IMG/VR virus record: IMGVR_UViG_3300030332_001059 | Location: 1 to 46,429 of that record | Origin: a virus | Lineage: Duplodnaviria; Caudoviricetes | Strand: one strand, 5' to 3' | DNA length: 46,429 nt | Shown here: positions 25,870 to 33,712 of the stretch, one piece after another | How the letters are laid out: the number at the start of each line of letters is the position of its first letter | Numbering within the stretch: the first letter of the stretch is position 1 | Notes under the pieces: generated by a model | The model's input: only the letters and a program-made list of their open reading frames with translations | Database searches by the model: none | What the model was told of the DNA's origin: nothing | Position numbers and translations under genes: made by a program

Positions 25870-26472
25870 ATGAAAACCGCAATGCAAGCAATTCTGTTGT
25901 CCTGCATCTTCATCTGTGCAGCCGCCACGGCTAATCCCAAAATTACGCCCGGCGCTGACTTGCCGGTCACCCGCAGCGGATACCCCAAGACGTTCGAGCG
26001 CTGGGGCGAAGCTGGCGTGGCTCGCATCAACAAAGCCATCAAAAACGGTGCTCAAACTGTGGCGGCCAATAGCAAATGCGACAAGGTGGAAATTGTCGCC
26101 CTGTCTGATGGTCGATCATCCCCTCCGAACAACATCGTCCTGTTTGCAGACTGCCGCAATGGCGAGCGCTTCTATCTCACAGAGGCACAAGCGAACCAGC
26201 GGGCGGCTACGGCCTCTCAGTCTCAGAAGCTCGCAGGGATCAGCAAGGGTGATGCGATTGTCAAATGCCGCGATGCTATCCGGGCAAACCTCGCAGTTCC
26301 CAGCAGCTTCAACCCCGCCACGCTTTCGACCCAAGCGATAAGCAACAAAACAACCGGCACGTGGCTTGTCACGATGAAGTTCAAAAGCAAAAACCGCATG
26401 GGTCAGGAGCTGCCAGGCAATGCGGAGTGTTCTGTCTCAGGCGATGGCCCGCCGCAGGTCACCATAAACTGA
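25870..26472 (+). CDS. Secreted/periplasmic protein (immunity-region moron)
   Basis: Signal peptide MKTAMQAILLSCIFICAAATA; paired cysteines; IRANLAVPSSF...FKSKNRMG. Confidence 0.78.
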   Translation: MKTAMQAILLSCIFICAAATANPKITPGADLPVTRSGYPKTFERWGEAGVARINKAIKNGAQTVAANSKCDKVEIVALSDGRSSPPNNIVLFADCRNGERFYLTEAQANQRAATASQSQKLAGISKGDAIVKCRDAIRANLAVPSSFNPATLSTQAISNKTTGTWLVTMKFKSKNRMGQELPGNAECSVSGDGPPQVTIN

Positions 26473-26490
26473 CGGCCTTTCGGCTCACCT

Positions 26491-26515
26491 AACCCCGCCA
26501 AGTGCGGGGTTTTTT
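26491..26515 (+). terminator. Intrinsic terminator closing the cI operon
   Basis: AACCCCGC-CAAGT-GCGGGGTT followed by a T run. Confidence 0.88.
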
Positions 26516-26555
26516 GTGGGCGCTAGCTAAGTGGTTGATTTGCCTTGAATCATAA

Positions 26556-26597
26556 TTACAGAATCCTGTTGCATGCGCCTACAGCTTTCTGTAATAT
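26556..26597 (+). promoter_or_regulatory. OL operators and PL-like promoter
   Basis: ACAG-AATC-CTGT (26558-26569) and ACAG-CTTT-CTGT (26581-26592) overlapping TTGCAT-17 bp-TAATAT. Confidence 0.82.
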
Positions 26598-26636
26598 GTA
26601 CTCCATCGCCCCACCACGGGCCGAATGGAGAACGAG

Positions 26637-26984
26637 ATGGCACGCAAGACTTACACCACCCCCGAGCAGGAAGCCCGCGAAGAACTCGCAATCGAGGCCA
26701 CCTACGGAGAGGACTCAGGCGACTGGCTGGCCCGCTATTTCAAGGCCGAGGCGAACGACAACAGCCTCGCCGCCGATGTGTTCATGGACGAGCTGAACGA
26801 CGCCCTGATCAACAACAGCAACGACATCATCGGCATCGTTTTCAAAGAGCGTTATCGCGCCTTCATCGCCGCCAACCTGGACGACGAACAGGTGTGGGAC
26901 CGCATGCGCAAAAACCGTCTGGCCGATGAGGAATATGCGGCTGATGAGCGTTATGCGGCTCTACGCGATGAGGTGGAAGCATGA
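26637..26984 (+). CDS. Acidic hypothetical protein, first gene of the early PL operon
   Basis: GGAG RBS; Asp/Glu-rich, 115 aa. Confidence 0.78.
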   Translation: MARKTYTTPEQEAREELAIEATYGEDSGDWLARYFKAEANDNSLAADVFMDELNDALINNSNDIIGIVFKERYRAFIAANLDDEQVWDRMRKNRLADEEYAADERYAALRDEVEA

Positions 26985-27151
26985 TCCGCGCCCTCATCAA
27001 TCTGCTGATCAACAACCCCCTGCCGGAGTGGGCAGACCTGCCCGATGGCTGGGAGCCCAACCCGGCAACCGTCGGGCGGATCGCTCGCGAAGCCGACGCA
27101 CTGCGGGCCAATGGCGAGCGGAATGCGGCGGTTCTGGGGGGTGGCAAATGA
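26981..27151 (+). CDS. Small hypothetical protein (56 aa)
   Basis: MIRALINLLINNPLPEW...; ATGA overlaps at both ends. Confidence 0.62.
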   Translation: MIRALINLLINNPLPEWADLPDGWEPNPATVGRIAREADALRANGERNAAVLGGGK

Positions 27152-27477
27152 GTGCCCTGCGCATCAGGGGCTTTGACAGCGCCTATCCCGGCAGCATGTC
27201 TGAGCGCGAAGACGGCGGTTATGTCCAGCGCGACGACCCAGGAAGCCTCGCCGGCGCGTTGCTCGAACTTGTCCGGTCTGGCGATCGCGCGGCCCGAAAC
27301 CTCCTCGACGATCTGGATCAAGCGGCGGCTGAGTTGGCGAAGGCAAACGCCCAGCGCGACAGTCTGCTGATAGCACTGATCGGCTGCGTCGAGCACATGG
27401 AGTGCAGCACTCCACAGGGCTTGAAAGCGTGTGACGACGCCGCCGCGCTGATTACTGCGATGGGCGGTGACGCATGA
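27148..27477 (+). CDS. Hypothetical protein
   Basis: MSALRIRGF...MSEREDGGYV; ATGA-coupled. Confidence 0.7.
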   Translation: MSALRIRGFDSAYPGSMSEREDGGYVQRDDPGSLAGALLELVRSGDRAARNLLDDLDQAAAELAKANAQRDSLLIALIGCVEHMECSTPQGLKACDDAAALITAMGGDA

Positions 27478-27689
27478 GCACCCAAACCATCCGCGTCCGC
27501 CTCCCCGCCGACGCCAGCGCCATGAGCGTGACGATGGCCCTTGCCTCAGTCGCGCAACGCATGGGCTTTCGGCTCACGGCCACGCACTCAGAGCCGGGCA
27601 TCACCGACATCGACATGGTGCCCGGCTACGTGCCGAGCAACGTCATCCCCATGCGCCGGAGTGGCGCGATCAAAGGAGTTAAGTCGTGA
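27474..27689 (+). CDS. Hypothetical protein
   Basis: 71 aa; coupled overlaps; SNVIPMRR motif. Confidence 0.7.
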   Translation: MSTQTIRVRLPADASAMSVTMALASVAQRMGFRLTATHSEPGITDIDMVPGYVPSNVIPMRRSGAIKGVKS

Positions 27690-28489
27690 CAGCGATTGCA
27701 ACCATTGAGCAGGCGCGTCCGCTTGTTCGGCAGGAAGGCCGGGCACTGACCGCACTCGACATCCGCGAACGGGTCAACACCATTCAGCAGGTGATGAGCG
27801 CGGTCATGAAGCGCGACGTGCATTACGGCGTCATCCCCGGCTGCAAGAAGCCGAGCCTGTACAAGCCGGGCTCCGAAGTGCTTTTGGCCACCTTCCAGAT
27901 CGCCACCAGCATTCAGGTGACAGACCTGTCTACGGACGACTGCATCCGTTACCAAGTTCGCGTCATCGGCACCCACTCACAGAGCGGCACGCTTCTCGGT
28001 GAGGGCATCGGCGAATGCTCATCCAACGAAGAGAAATACAAGTGGAAGAAGGCGTACGACGAAGAGTGGAACGCCACGCCTGAGAACCGCCGCCGCATCA
28101 AATTCGGCAATTACAAAGACAAGCAGGTCCGCACGGATCCGGCTGACGTGGCCAACACCATCCTCAAGATGGCGAAAAAGCGCGCACAGATCGACATGAC
28201 GCTGACCGTGACCGGCGCGTCGGACTGCTTTGACCAGGACATCGAAGACCTGCCCGAACACCTGCGGCCGGCCGATGACGTGGGCCGCAACGCTGGGCTC
28301 ATGCCATACGCCGACGACCAGTTCAAAAAGAACTTGCCTGCATGGCAGGCGGGCATCGCATCCGGCCAGTTCACAGCCGCCGACGTGATCAAGAAGGTCG
28401 AGACACGCGGCCTGCTGACCGACGAGCAGAAAAAGCAACTGACCGACACGAAGGTCAACCCACCGCAAGAACAGGAGATTCCTGAGTGA
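27686..28489 (+). CDS. Probable single-strand annealing/recombination protein
   Basis: HYGVIPGCKKPSLYKPGSE and NTILKMAKKRA; adjacent to a YqaJ exonuclease as in Red-like pairs. Confidence 0.55.
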   Translation: MTAIATIEQARPLVRQEGRALTALDIRERVNTIQQVMSAVMKRDVHYGVIPGCKKPSLYKPGSEVLLATFQIATSIQVTDLSTDDCIRYQVRVIGTHSQSGTLLGEGIGECSSNEEKYKWKKAYDEEWNATPENRRRIKFGNYKDKQVRTDPADVANTILKMAKKRAQIDMTLTVTGASDCFDQDIEDLPEHLRPADDVGRNAGLMPYADDQFKKNLPAWQAGIASGQFTAADVIKKVETRGLLTDEQKKQLTDTKVNPPQEQEIPE

Positions 28490-30249
28490 AGACCATTGAA
28501 GGATTGATCCAGGGCGATGCCGCGTGGCATGCCCACCGAGCCACAACCCGTAACGCCAGTGACGCGCCGGCCGTTATGGGCGTGTCGCCCTACACCACCC
28601 GCAGCGAACTGGTGAAGCGCTACGCCACCGGCATCGCGCCGACGGTCGACGAAGCGACACAGCGCCGCTTTGATAGCGGCCACGAAGTGGAGCCCGCCCT
28701 TCGCGCCATTGCCGAAGGCATCGCCGGAGAAGAGTTCTATCCCGCCGTGGCCGTCAGCGATGACGGTTACTTGGGCGCCAGTTTCGACGGCGTGACGATG
28801 CTGGATGACGCCATCTGCGAAGTGAAGCTCGCCAACCGCGCGAAGATGGAAACGATCCGCGACGGCTTCATTCCCGAGGGAGATCGTTGGCAGATCGTTC
28901 AGCAGTTCGCCGTGTGCGAGTCCGCGACCCGCTGCATCTACGTCTGCGGCGACGGCACCGAGGAAGGTAGCGAATCGCTGATCATCGAACGCGCCGACAT
29001 CGAGGGCGACATTCCGAAGCTAATCGCCGCGTGGAAGCAGTTCGACGCCGACGTTGCCGCGTACGTGCCCGAGGAAGCCGCCCCGGTCGTCGTGGCCACC
29101 CCCACCGAATCCCTGCCCGCCGTCTCGGTGCGCATGGACGGCGCAATCGCCGTCATCAGCAACCTCGACCTGTTCGGCGACCGACTCAAGGCATTCGTCG
29201 CCGGCCTGGACATGAAGCCCGACACCGACCAGGCGTTCGCCGATGCCGAGGCCGCAGTCAAGACGCTGAAAAAGGCCGAAGAGGCACTGACCACCGCCGA
29301 AGAATCCGCGCTGGCGCAGATCGACCCGGTCGAGGCCATGCGACGCCAAGTTGCCGACCTGCACGAAACCGCGCGCAGCACGCGCCTGCTTCTCGAAAAG
29401 GTCACCAAGGCGCGTAAGGAACAGATTCGCACCGAGGAAGTGGCCAAGGCCCGCGCGCAGTTCAGCGAGCACGTCGAGGCCATCAACAAGACCTTCGGCG
29501 GCAAGGTTCGCCTGCCCGACGTGCCGGCCGATTTCGGAGGCGCGATCAAAGGGCTCAAGACCCTGACCAGCCTGCGCGACGCCATCAGCACCGAATTGGC
29601 ACGCGCCAAGATCGAGGCCGACCGTATCGCCAACGGCATCCGCACCAATCTGGAATTGCTGCGCACCGAAGCCGCCGGGCATGAGTCGCTTTTCTCCGAC
29701 GCTCAGCAGCTCGTCACCAGCAAGTCCGAAGACGACCTGCGCAACCTCATCAAGACGCGCATCGCCGAATTCCAGCAGCGCGAGCAGGCCCGGCTCGATG
29801 CCGAGCGCGCAAAGATCCGCGCCGAGGAAGAGGCCCGTGCCCAGCGTGAGGCCGATGCAAAAGCCGAGCAGGAACGCCAGCGCATCCGGCAGGAAGAGCA
29901 GGCCAAGGCGCGGCAGGAAGCCGACGACCGGCGTCGACTGGAGGCGCACGCATCGGCAGAGCGCAGCGCCGCCGCAGTCGAGTCAATGGCACGCAGCGAA
30001 GAACCGCCCAAGTACGACGCGACGCCGATCAAGTCCGCCAACGACGACGGCGCCCGCATCCGCCTGGGTGAACTGAACGCCCTGATCGCCCCGCTATCCA
30101 TCAGCGCGGATGGCCTGGCGCAGCTCGGCTTCGAACACGTCGCCACCGACAAGGCCGCGAAGCTCTACCGGGCGTCCGACCTGCCGCGAATCCTTGGCGC
30201 CATGTCTCGGCACCTGATGAGCGCCGACAAACTGGGGCGCGCCGCATGA
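28486..30249 (+). CDS. YqaJ-like (lambda exo family) exonuclease with long coiled-coil extension
   Basis: WHAHR..RNASDAPAVMGVSPY, GHEVEP, LGASFDG, CEVK and WQIVQQ. Confidence 0.88.
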   Translation: MKTIEGLIQGDAAWHAHRATTRNASDAPAVMGVSPYTTRSELVKRYATGIAPTVDEATQRRFDSGHEVEPALRAIAEGIAGEEFYPAVAVSDDGYLGASFDGVTMLDDAICEVKLANRAKMETIRDGFIPEGDRWQIVQQFAVCESATRCIYVCGDGTEEGSESLIIERADIEGDIPKLIAAWKQFDADVAAYVPEEAAPVVVATPTESLPAVSVRMDGAIAVISNLDLFGDRLKAFVAGLDMKPDTDQAFADAEAAVKTLKKAEEALTTAEESALAQIDPVEAMRRQVADLHETARSTRLLLEKVTKARKEQIRTEEVAKARAQFSEHVEAINKTFGGKVRLPDVPADFGGAIKGLKTLTSLRDAISTELARAKIEADRIANGIRTNLELLRTEAAGHESLFSDAQQLVTSKSEDDLRNLIKTRIAEFQQREQARLDAERAKIRAEEEARAQREADAKAEQERQRIRQEEQAKARQEADDRRRLEAHASAERSAAAVESMARSEEPPKYDATPIKSANDDGARIRLGELNALIAPLSISADGLAQLGFEHVATDKAAKLYRASDLPRILGAMSRHLMSADKLGRAA

Positions 30250-30473
30250 GTTCCCGCTACCGCCCCGGCGCCGATAACCCGATGGCGCGCCACAGCGACC
30301 AAATCGTGCGCCGCGCCCGCCTCATTTACGCCCGCGGCTACACCCAGCAAGAGACGCGGCAGCACCTGGCCGACGAAGGCATCGAGGTCGATCGCTACAC
30401 CCTGTCCGGCTGGCTGCACTGGCATAGCCGCGTTGATGCCGGCGGGGCCTTGCGCGAGGGGGTGGCCGCATGA
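30246..30473 (+). CDS. Small HTH-like protein (paralog of 32227..32430)
   Basis: SDQIVRRAR...HLADEGIEV...LSGWL. Confidence 0.7.
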   Translation: MSSRYRPGADNPMARHSDQIVRRARLIYARGYTQQETRQHLADEGIEVDRYTLSGWLHWHSRVDAGGALREGVAA

Positions 30474-31009
30474 CGTTCATCTTCCGCCACCACGAAGCCG
30501 ATGGCATTCGGTCTGAGGCCGTATTCAGCGACTGCGAACGCTACCGGTACCTGCTGTCTCGCCGGTGGTCGGACGAGCCCAAGGCTGTGTTGCTCGCGAT
30601 GAACCCCAGCACAGCCACCGAGGTGCAGAACGACCCAACAATCGAGCGCTTCATGCGTCGTGTGGGCCTCTGGAACTCGGCGGGCGCAGATTACGGCGCC
30701 GTCTCTGTCGTCAACGTCTTCGCGTGGCGCGAGACCGACAGCAAGCAACTGCCGAAGCGCATCGCCGAGGGTCGGGACATCGTCGGTCGGCACAACGACA
30801 CGGCAATCACCGAGGCCTGCACTGATGCCGGGATCGTCATCTGCGGATGGGGCCAGCCCGGAAACCTGATGGGCCGAGGCCCGGCGGTCATGCAGATGCT
30901 GCGGCGTCAGGGCATCCGACTTCATGCGCTGGCCATCAACGCTGACGGAACGCCCAAGCACCCTCTTTACATCGGCTACGCAGCCACTCCGGTGGAGATC
31001 GAGGCATGA
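30470..31009 (+). CDS. DUF1643 family protein
   Basis: FSDCERYRYLLSRRW, MNPSTA, NDPTI, VNVFAWRETD and GTPKHPLY. Confidence 0.88.
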   Translation: MTFIFRHHEADGIRSEAVFSDCERYRYLLSRRWSDEPKAVLLAMNPSTATEVQNDPTIERFMRRVGLWNSAGADYGAVSVVNVFAWRETDSKQLPKRIAEGRDIVGRHNDTAITEACTDAGIVICGWGQPGNLMGRGPAVMQMLRRQGIRLHALAINADGTPKHPLYIGYAATPVEIEA

Positions 31010-31773
31010 GCCTATCCACCACCCTACGCCTTCCGCCCACCATCGCCGAAATGGTCCGCCACCGTGACCAGGCTGTCGCTCATCTGCGCGAGGCCGGTCG
31101 CTGCATCGAACAGGCTGCAGAAGCTGCGACGATGATCCGCGAACACGCCATGCCCTTCGGTGCGCGCTTTCAGCAACCGCTCGAAACGCTGATTGCCGAG
31201 TTGGATCGCAAGGCATGGCGTGAAGCATTCCGCATCGGCGGCTTCGAGGCGGTTTGGGATGCGAAGGCGCGGAAAGAGTTTGACGACTCGCTCGAAAAGA
31301 ACCCGCCCGAGTTCAATGCAGCGAACCTGCGCGCCAACCTGATGGAGTACCTGCCGCAGAAAGACCACCTGTTCGCGCGTGGCTTGGTGGCCATCTTCCG
31401 CAAGCTCAGCGGCGACTACAAACGCCACGCCGATGCCGGGTTCAGCGTGCCGCAGAAGATGATCGTGCGGAGCTGGTCAAGCGCCAGTTATTTCCGTGGC
31501 CGGCAGATCGCCTGCTACTACGACGGCGAAGTCCGCGACTTCATGCGCGTGCTCTACAAGCTCACCGAGCGCGAGTTCGACTACGGCCCGGTGCAGTCGC
31601 TCATCAACGCCGCATGGGCCCAGGGCGAGCCATTCCACGACGAATACGTCGTGCTGAAGGCGCACAAAAACGGGAACGTCCACATTCACATCAAGGACCG
31701 CGCGTTGCTGGCGCGAATCAACACCGTTGTCGCCGATTACTACGGCGGCAACGCATTGGGAGAGGCCGCATGA
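31006..31773 (+). CDS. DUF4942-like protein
   Basis: LFARGLVAIFRKLS and KAHKNGNVHIHIKD...RINTVVADYYG. Confidence 0.7.
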   Translation: MSLSTTLRLPPTIAEMVRHRDQAVAHLREAGRCIEQAAEAATMIREHAMPFGARFQQPLETLIAELDRKAWREAFRIGGFEAVWDAKARKEFDDSLEKNPPEFNAANLRANLMEYLPQKDHLFARGLVAIFRKLSGDYKRHADAGFSVPQKMIVRSWSSASYFRGRQIACYYDGEVRDFMRVLYKLTEREFDYGPVQSLINAAWAQGEPFHDEYVVLKAHKNGNVHIHIKDRALLARINTVVADYYGGNALGEAA

Positions 31774-31844
31774 AAACCAAGAAGCGAGACGTGCGTAAAG
31801 CCCGTCGTCAAAAGGAACAGCGGAAGTGGGGGCAGGCGAGGTGA
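31770..31844 (+). CDS. 24-aa Arg/Lys-rich peptide
   Basis: MKTKKRDVRKARRQKEQRKWGQAR; ATGA overlap upstream and GTGA overlap downstream. Confidence 0.55.
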   Translation: MKTKKRDVRKARRQKEQRKWGQAR

Positions 31845-32230
31845 ACTACCCAACCAAAGACCACCACCGCGTCAGCCCCACCGGCCAGCACATGGGCCGC
31901 AACGCCGCGCGCCTGGCAGCACTCGGGCAATCCCGGCTCAAGGCTGCGGGCCTCGAAAACCACAACGTCCCGGCAGTGCGCGGCGAGATGTGCGCCACCT
32001 GCGCATGTCGGGAAGGCACGGTGCCGAATGGCTGCCTTCAGACGCAGCTGGACTTTCTCAAGTCGGTGACCGAGGGCAAGGGCTTCTACTGCCACTCGCC
32101 GAAAGACGGCCGCCTGTGTGCAGGCTGGATCGCAGCCCGCGCCGAAGTCGTTGCGCGGCCGCTGCCCGAAGCCGCGCTCAAGCTGATCGAAAAGTGGGAA
32201 TACAGCCCGGCTGATGAGGCCGCCGCATGA
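31841..32230 (+). CDS. Cys/His-rich hypothetical protein
   Basis: MCATCACR, FYCH and LCAGW. Confidence 0.72.
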   Translation: MNYPTKDHHRVSPTGQHMGRNAARLAALGQSRLKAAGLENHNVPAVRGEMCATCACREGTVPNGCLQTQLDFLKSVTEGKGFYCHSPKDGRLCAGWIAARAEVVARPLPEAALKLIEKWEYSPADEAAA

Positions 32231-32430
32231 CCACCGATCGCACAACCGACAACCGGATCAAATACAGCGACGCCACCGTCCGCCGCGCCCGATTCCTGCA
32301 CGCCAGAAACATCTGGTCGATCTCTGAAATACAGGGTCACTTAGCCGATGAGGGTGTGACCGTCGGCATGTCATGCCTCAAGGCGTGGCTGCGCGGTGAT
32401 ACCCGGCGAAATGTTGGGGGGATGGGATGA
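32227..32430 (+). CDS. Small HTH-like protein (paralog of 30246..30473)
   Basis: SDATVRRAR...HLADEGVTV...LKAWL. Confidence 0.7.
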   Translation: MTTDRTTDNRIKYSDATVRRARFLHARNIWSISEIQGHLADEGVTVGMSCLKAWLRGDTRRNVGGMG

Positions 32431-32621
32431 CCCTCGCCCTCGCCATCGCCTGCGCCGCCTTGGGCGGCTACTGCATCGGCCACGCGATCGGGCGCTTAAA
32501 CGATGCCGCTGCGGCGGAAATCGAGCGCCTCAATTCCGAGCGCATGAACGACCGACAGATGATCGAAGCCCTTGAGCGCCGGGTGTCTGTGCGCGCCAAT
32601 TACGAACAGGAGTGTGGCTGA
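32427..32621 (+). CDS. Small membrane-anchored protein
   Basis: N-terminal hydrophobic segment plus a short coiled coil. Confidence 0.65.
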   Translation: MTLALAIACAALGGYCIGHAIGRLNDAAAAEIERLNSERMNDRQMIEALERRVSVRANYEQECG

Positions 32622-33115
32622 TGCCAACGCTATCAGAAGTGCAGGAACACGCAGCCGATGCCGAACACCAGGCATTCCAGCGGGCATACGACGCCCTGCT
32701 CAACGTTGCCAAGGACCCGATCACCTGTCGGCATTTTTGGGATGCGGGCTTTACCGCTGGACAGGCTGACGCGAACGACATGCTGACCGTGGCGCACATG
32801 GACGGCTATGCCAAGGGCCGGGATGCGATGCGGGCTGAACTGGCGCGGCAGGAGCCCGTTGCATACGGCTACCCGAACACGGCGATCACCGGCAAGCGCC
32901 ACGCCATGATGATGGTCCGGCTCGACATCCTATCAGACGATCAGTACGGCGGCGCTCAGTGGGTGCCGTTGTATGCCGCCCCGCCTGATATGTGGGAGTT
33001 GGTGGAGGCGTTGCAATATTGCCGAAACCTGATCGGAGCATCGCGCATCAAGGGATCAGACCAAACATTACGGATGGCAGACGCCGCCCTCACAAAGCAT
33101 CGGGGGCAATCATGA
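32621..33115 (+). CDS. Hypothetical protein
   Basis: QEPVAY...PLYAAPP motif common in lambdoid early accessory proteins. Confidence 0.7.
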   Translation: MPTLSEVQEHAADAEHQAFQRAYDALLNVAKDPITCRHFWDAGFTAGQADANDMLTVAHMDGYAKGRDAMRAELARQEPVAYGYPNTAITGKRHAMMMVRLDILSDDQYGGAQWVPLYAAPPDMWELVEALQYCRNLIGASRIKGSDQTLRMADAALTKHRGQS

Positions 33116-33561
33116 CCCGCGACGAAGCACGCGCAATCCTTGAGGCCCACAACAAATGGCGGCGCGGGACGGAAGGTCCGCCGAAAGCCGATCCGAAGGC
33201 GATAGGTTTGGCCATCGACGTGGCCGTGGCCGAACTCGCCAAGCCTGCGGCAGTGCCGTACTTGGAATCGGCCATGGCTGTTATCCGCATCCGAAAAGCC
33301 ATAAAGGACTGGGAGTCTGGCCTCGATGACGGCATGTCTGCGCTTGCCAAGATCAAGACCGCGCTCGCCGCATCGCCACAACCCCCAGAACCAGCCGCTG
33401 ATGTTGAGGCGGCGCGGGTGGATGCTAACCGGTACAGGTTCATCAGGAGCCTCAACGCAGAGCAGTTTGATTCTGTGTTTGGCAATTGTCCACGGGCCGC
33501 AAAAAACGAGGCGCTCGATCGGTATATCGACGCCGCCATGAACCAGGAGGCCGGCCCATGA
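33112..33561 (+). CDS. Hypothetical protein
   Basis: HNKWRRG, DANRYRFIR and LDRYIDAAM motifs; ATGA-coupled. Confidence 0.72.
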   Translation: MTRDEARAILEAHNKWRRGTEGPPKADPKAIGLAIDVAVAELAKPAAVPYLESAMAVIRIRKAIKDWESGLDDGMSALAKIKTALAASPQPPEPAADVEAARVDANRYRFIRSLNAEQFDSVFGNCPRAAKNEALDRYIDAAMNQEAGP

Positions 33562-33704
33562 CCCCCGCACATCACGCCATCATCGCCGCCCTGGCACAGC
33601 GCGCCGTGGCCGATCATCTCACCCCCAAACCAGCATCAGAACAGGCTGAGTCCGCACAGCGACCGAATCACCCCGCATTGCCAGACCGGCAGCGGGCGGC
33701 ATAA
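33558..33704 (+). CDS. Small protein upstream of integrase (possible directionality factor)
   Basis: 48 aa with GGAGG RBS; function suggested by position only. Confidence 0.45.
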   Translation: MTPAHHAIIAALAQRAVADHLTPKPASEQAESAQRPNHPALPDRQRAA

Positions 33705-33712
33705 CTTCGGCT

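Noticed and set aside
24670-26592. LexA/SOS boxes
   Set aside because: The sites are ACAG-N4-CTGT; CTGT-to-ACAG spacings are 2, 11 or 12 nt, not the 8 nt of an SOS box.
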